The notes beneath the pieces were generated by a model, which was not told the DNA's origin, made no database searches, and worked only from the letters and a program-made list of their open reading frames with translations. A stretch of 64,000 nt of DNA from positions 1-64,000 of IMG/VR virus record IMGVR_UViG_3300028797_000099; one strand, given 5' to 3'. This document shows, one piece after another, positions 63,509-64,000 of this stretch. The DNA is from a virus. Its lineage: Duplodnaviria > Heunggongvirae > Uroviricota > Caudoviricetes. How positions within the stretch are numbered: the first letter of the stretch is position 1; the number at the start of each line of letters is the position of its first letter. Both the position numbers and the translations under genes were made by a program.

Positions 63509-64000
63509 TTAATTTACAACCTTATCGACCTGCGGAATCACTTCGCCGTGACGGGAGATTTCCACCTTGCAACCAATCTGAATACCCATCTGCATCATCT
63601 TGTTCAAGTTCGAGAGGGAAGCTCGTTCGACAGTCACCCCGTCAAGCTCGGTCGGAACCAAGATGGCAACAGGGGAGAGATAACGACCCTTGCAGCTCCA
63701 TTCTATTCCAATTAGAGTTGTAATCGCCGTTTCCAGCTCGAACTTCACAGCACACTGAGTCATCGGGGTCTTTCTACGGAGGTCGTCATAGTCGATGTCG
63801 TTAATCTTGACGACAATGCCGTCGCAACCATAGTCGATAGTCTTCTTGCGGCTTGCATACACCTTTTCACGGAACGCATTTACCTGTTCGAGGGTATCGA
63901 CCAGCTCGTACATCGGGACTTCAAATCCGCAGGATTCGAGCCACTGCATCTTTTCCAGCTCGGTCTTGAACTGGGTCGGAGCCCTGTTAAGAACATCGTA
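63509..64000 (-). CDS. ligA: NAD+-dependent DNA ligase, N-terminal fragment (adenylation/OB domains; 5' end outside window)
   Basis: DGIVVKIND, AVKFELE and GEVIPQVDKVV match the end of the LigA NTase and OB-fold domains. The ORF runs off the window edge. Confidence 0.65.
   Translation of the reverse strand, partial: YDVLNRAPTQFKTELEKMQWLESCGFEVPMYELVDTLEQVNAFREKVYASRKKTIDYGCDGIVVKINDIDYDDLRRKTPMTQCAVKFELETAITTLIGIEWSCKGRYLSPVAILVPTELDGVTVERASLSNLNKMMQMGIQIGCKVEISRHGEVIPQVDKVVN

Noticed and set aside
1-64000. CRISPR arrays, rRNA, transposase or integrase
   Set aside because: No spaced direct repeats, no rRNA-like segments, and no DDE or tyrosine-recombinase motifs seen by eye.

Overview
This 64-kb window appears to be a dense, mostly minus-strand early/accessory region of a large dsDNA bacteriophage. 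It holds about 125 mostly small genes, one tRNA, no rRNA and no CRISPR array. A conserved sigma70-like promoter (TTGACA-N15-18-TATATT, usually with TAATTA in the spacer) recurs about 27 times. Several copies have the -35 box inside the loop of the upstream terminator hairpin. The recognisable gene modules are listed here. (1) NAD+ salvage operon PnuC-NadR, plus an NAD+-dependent DNA ligase (LigA) that is split by an inserted promoter and a secreted serine-protease gene. (2) RNA ligase RtcB next to an atypical tRNA (anticodon UAA), with a Pth2-like peptidyl-tRNA hydrolase. (3) Lone ClpX, an M29 aminopeptidase, SPFH, LemA and TPM membrane proteins, and a bactofilin-like protein. (4) A QueC-like protein with a radical-SAM protein (candidate 7-deazaguanine synthesis). 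(5) UDP-galactopyranose mutase, a GT2 and a DUF4422 glycosyltransferase. (6) dUTPase, a metallophosphoesterase, two secreted trypsin-like proteases, a peptidoglycan-binding protein and a Pro/Cys/His/Trp-rich protein. (7) Two phage-specific paralog families, N-terminal MKTIR-SVFETNSSS-HA (4 copies) and DGWGENGF (2 copies). Product names come from motifs I read by eye. No database search was run.
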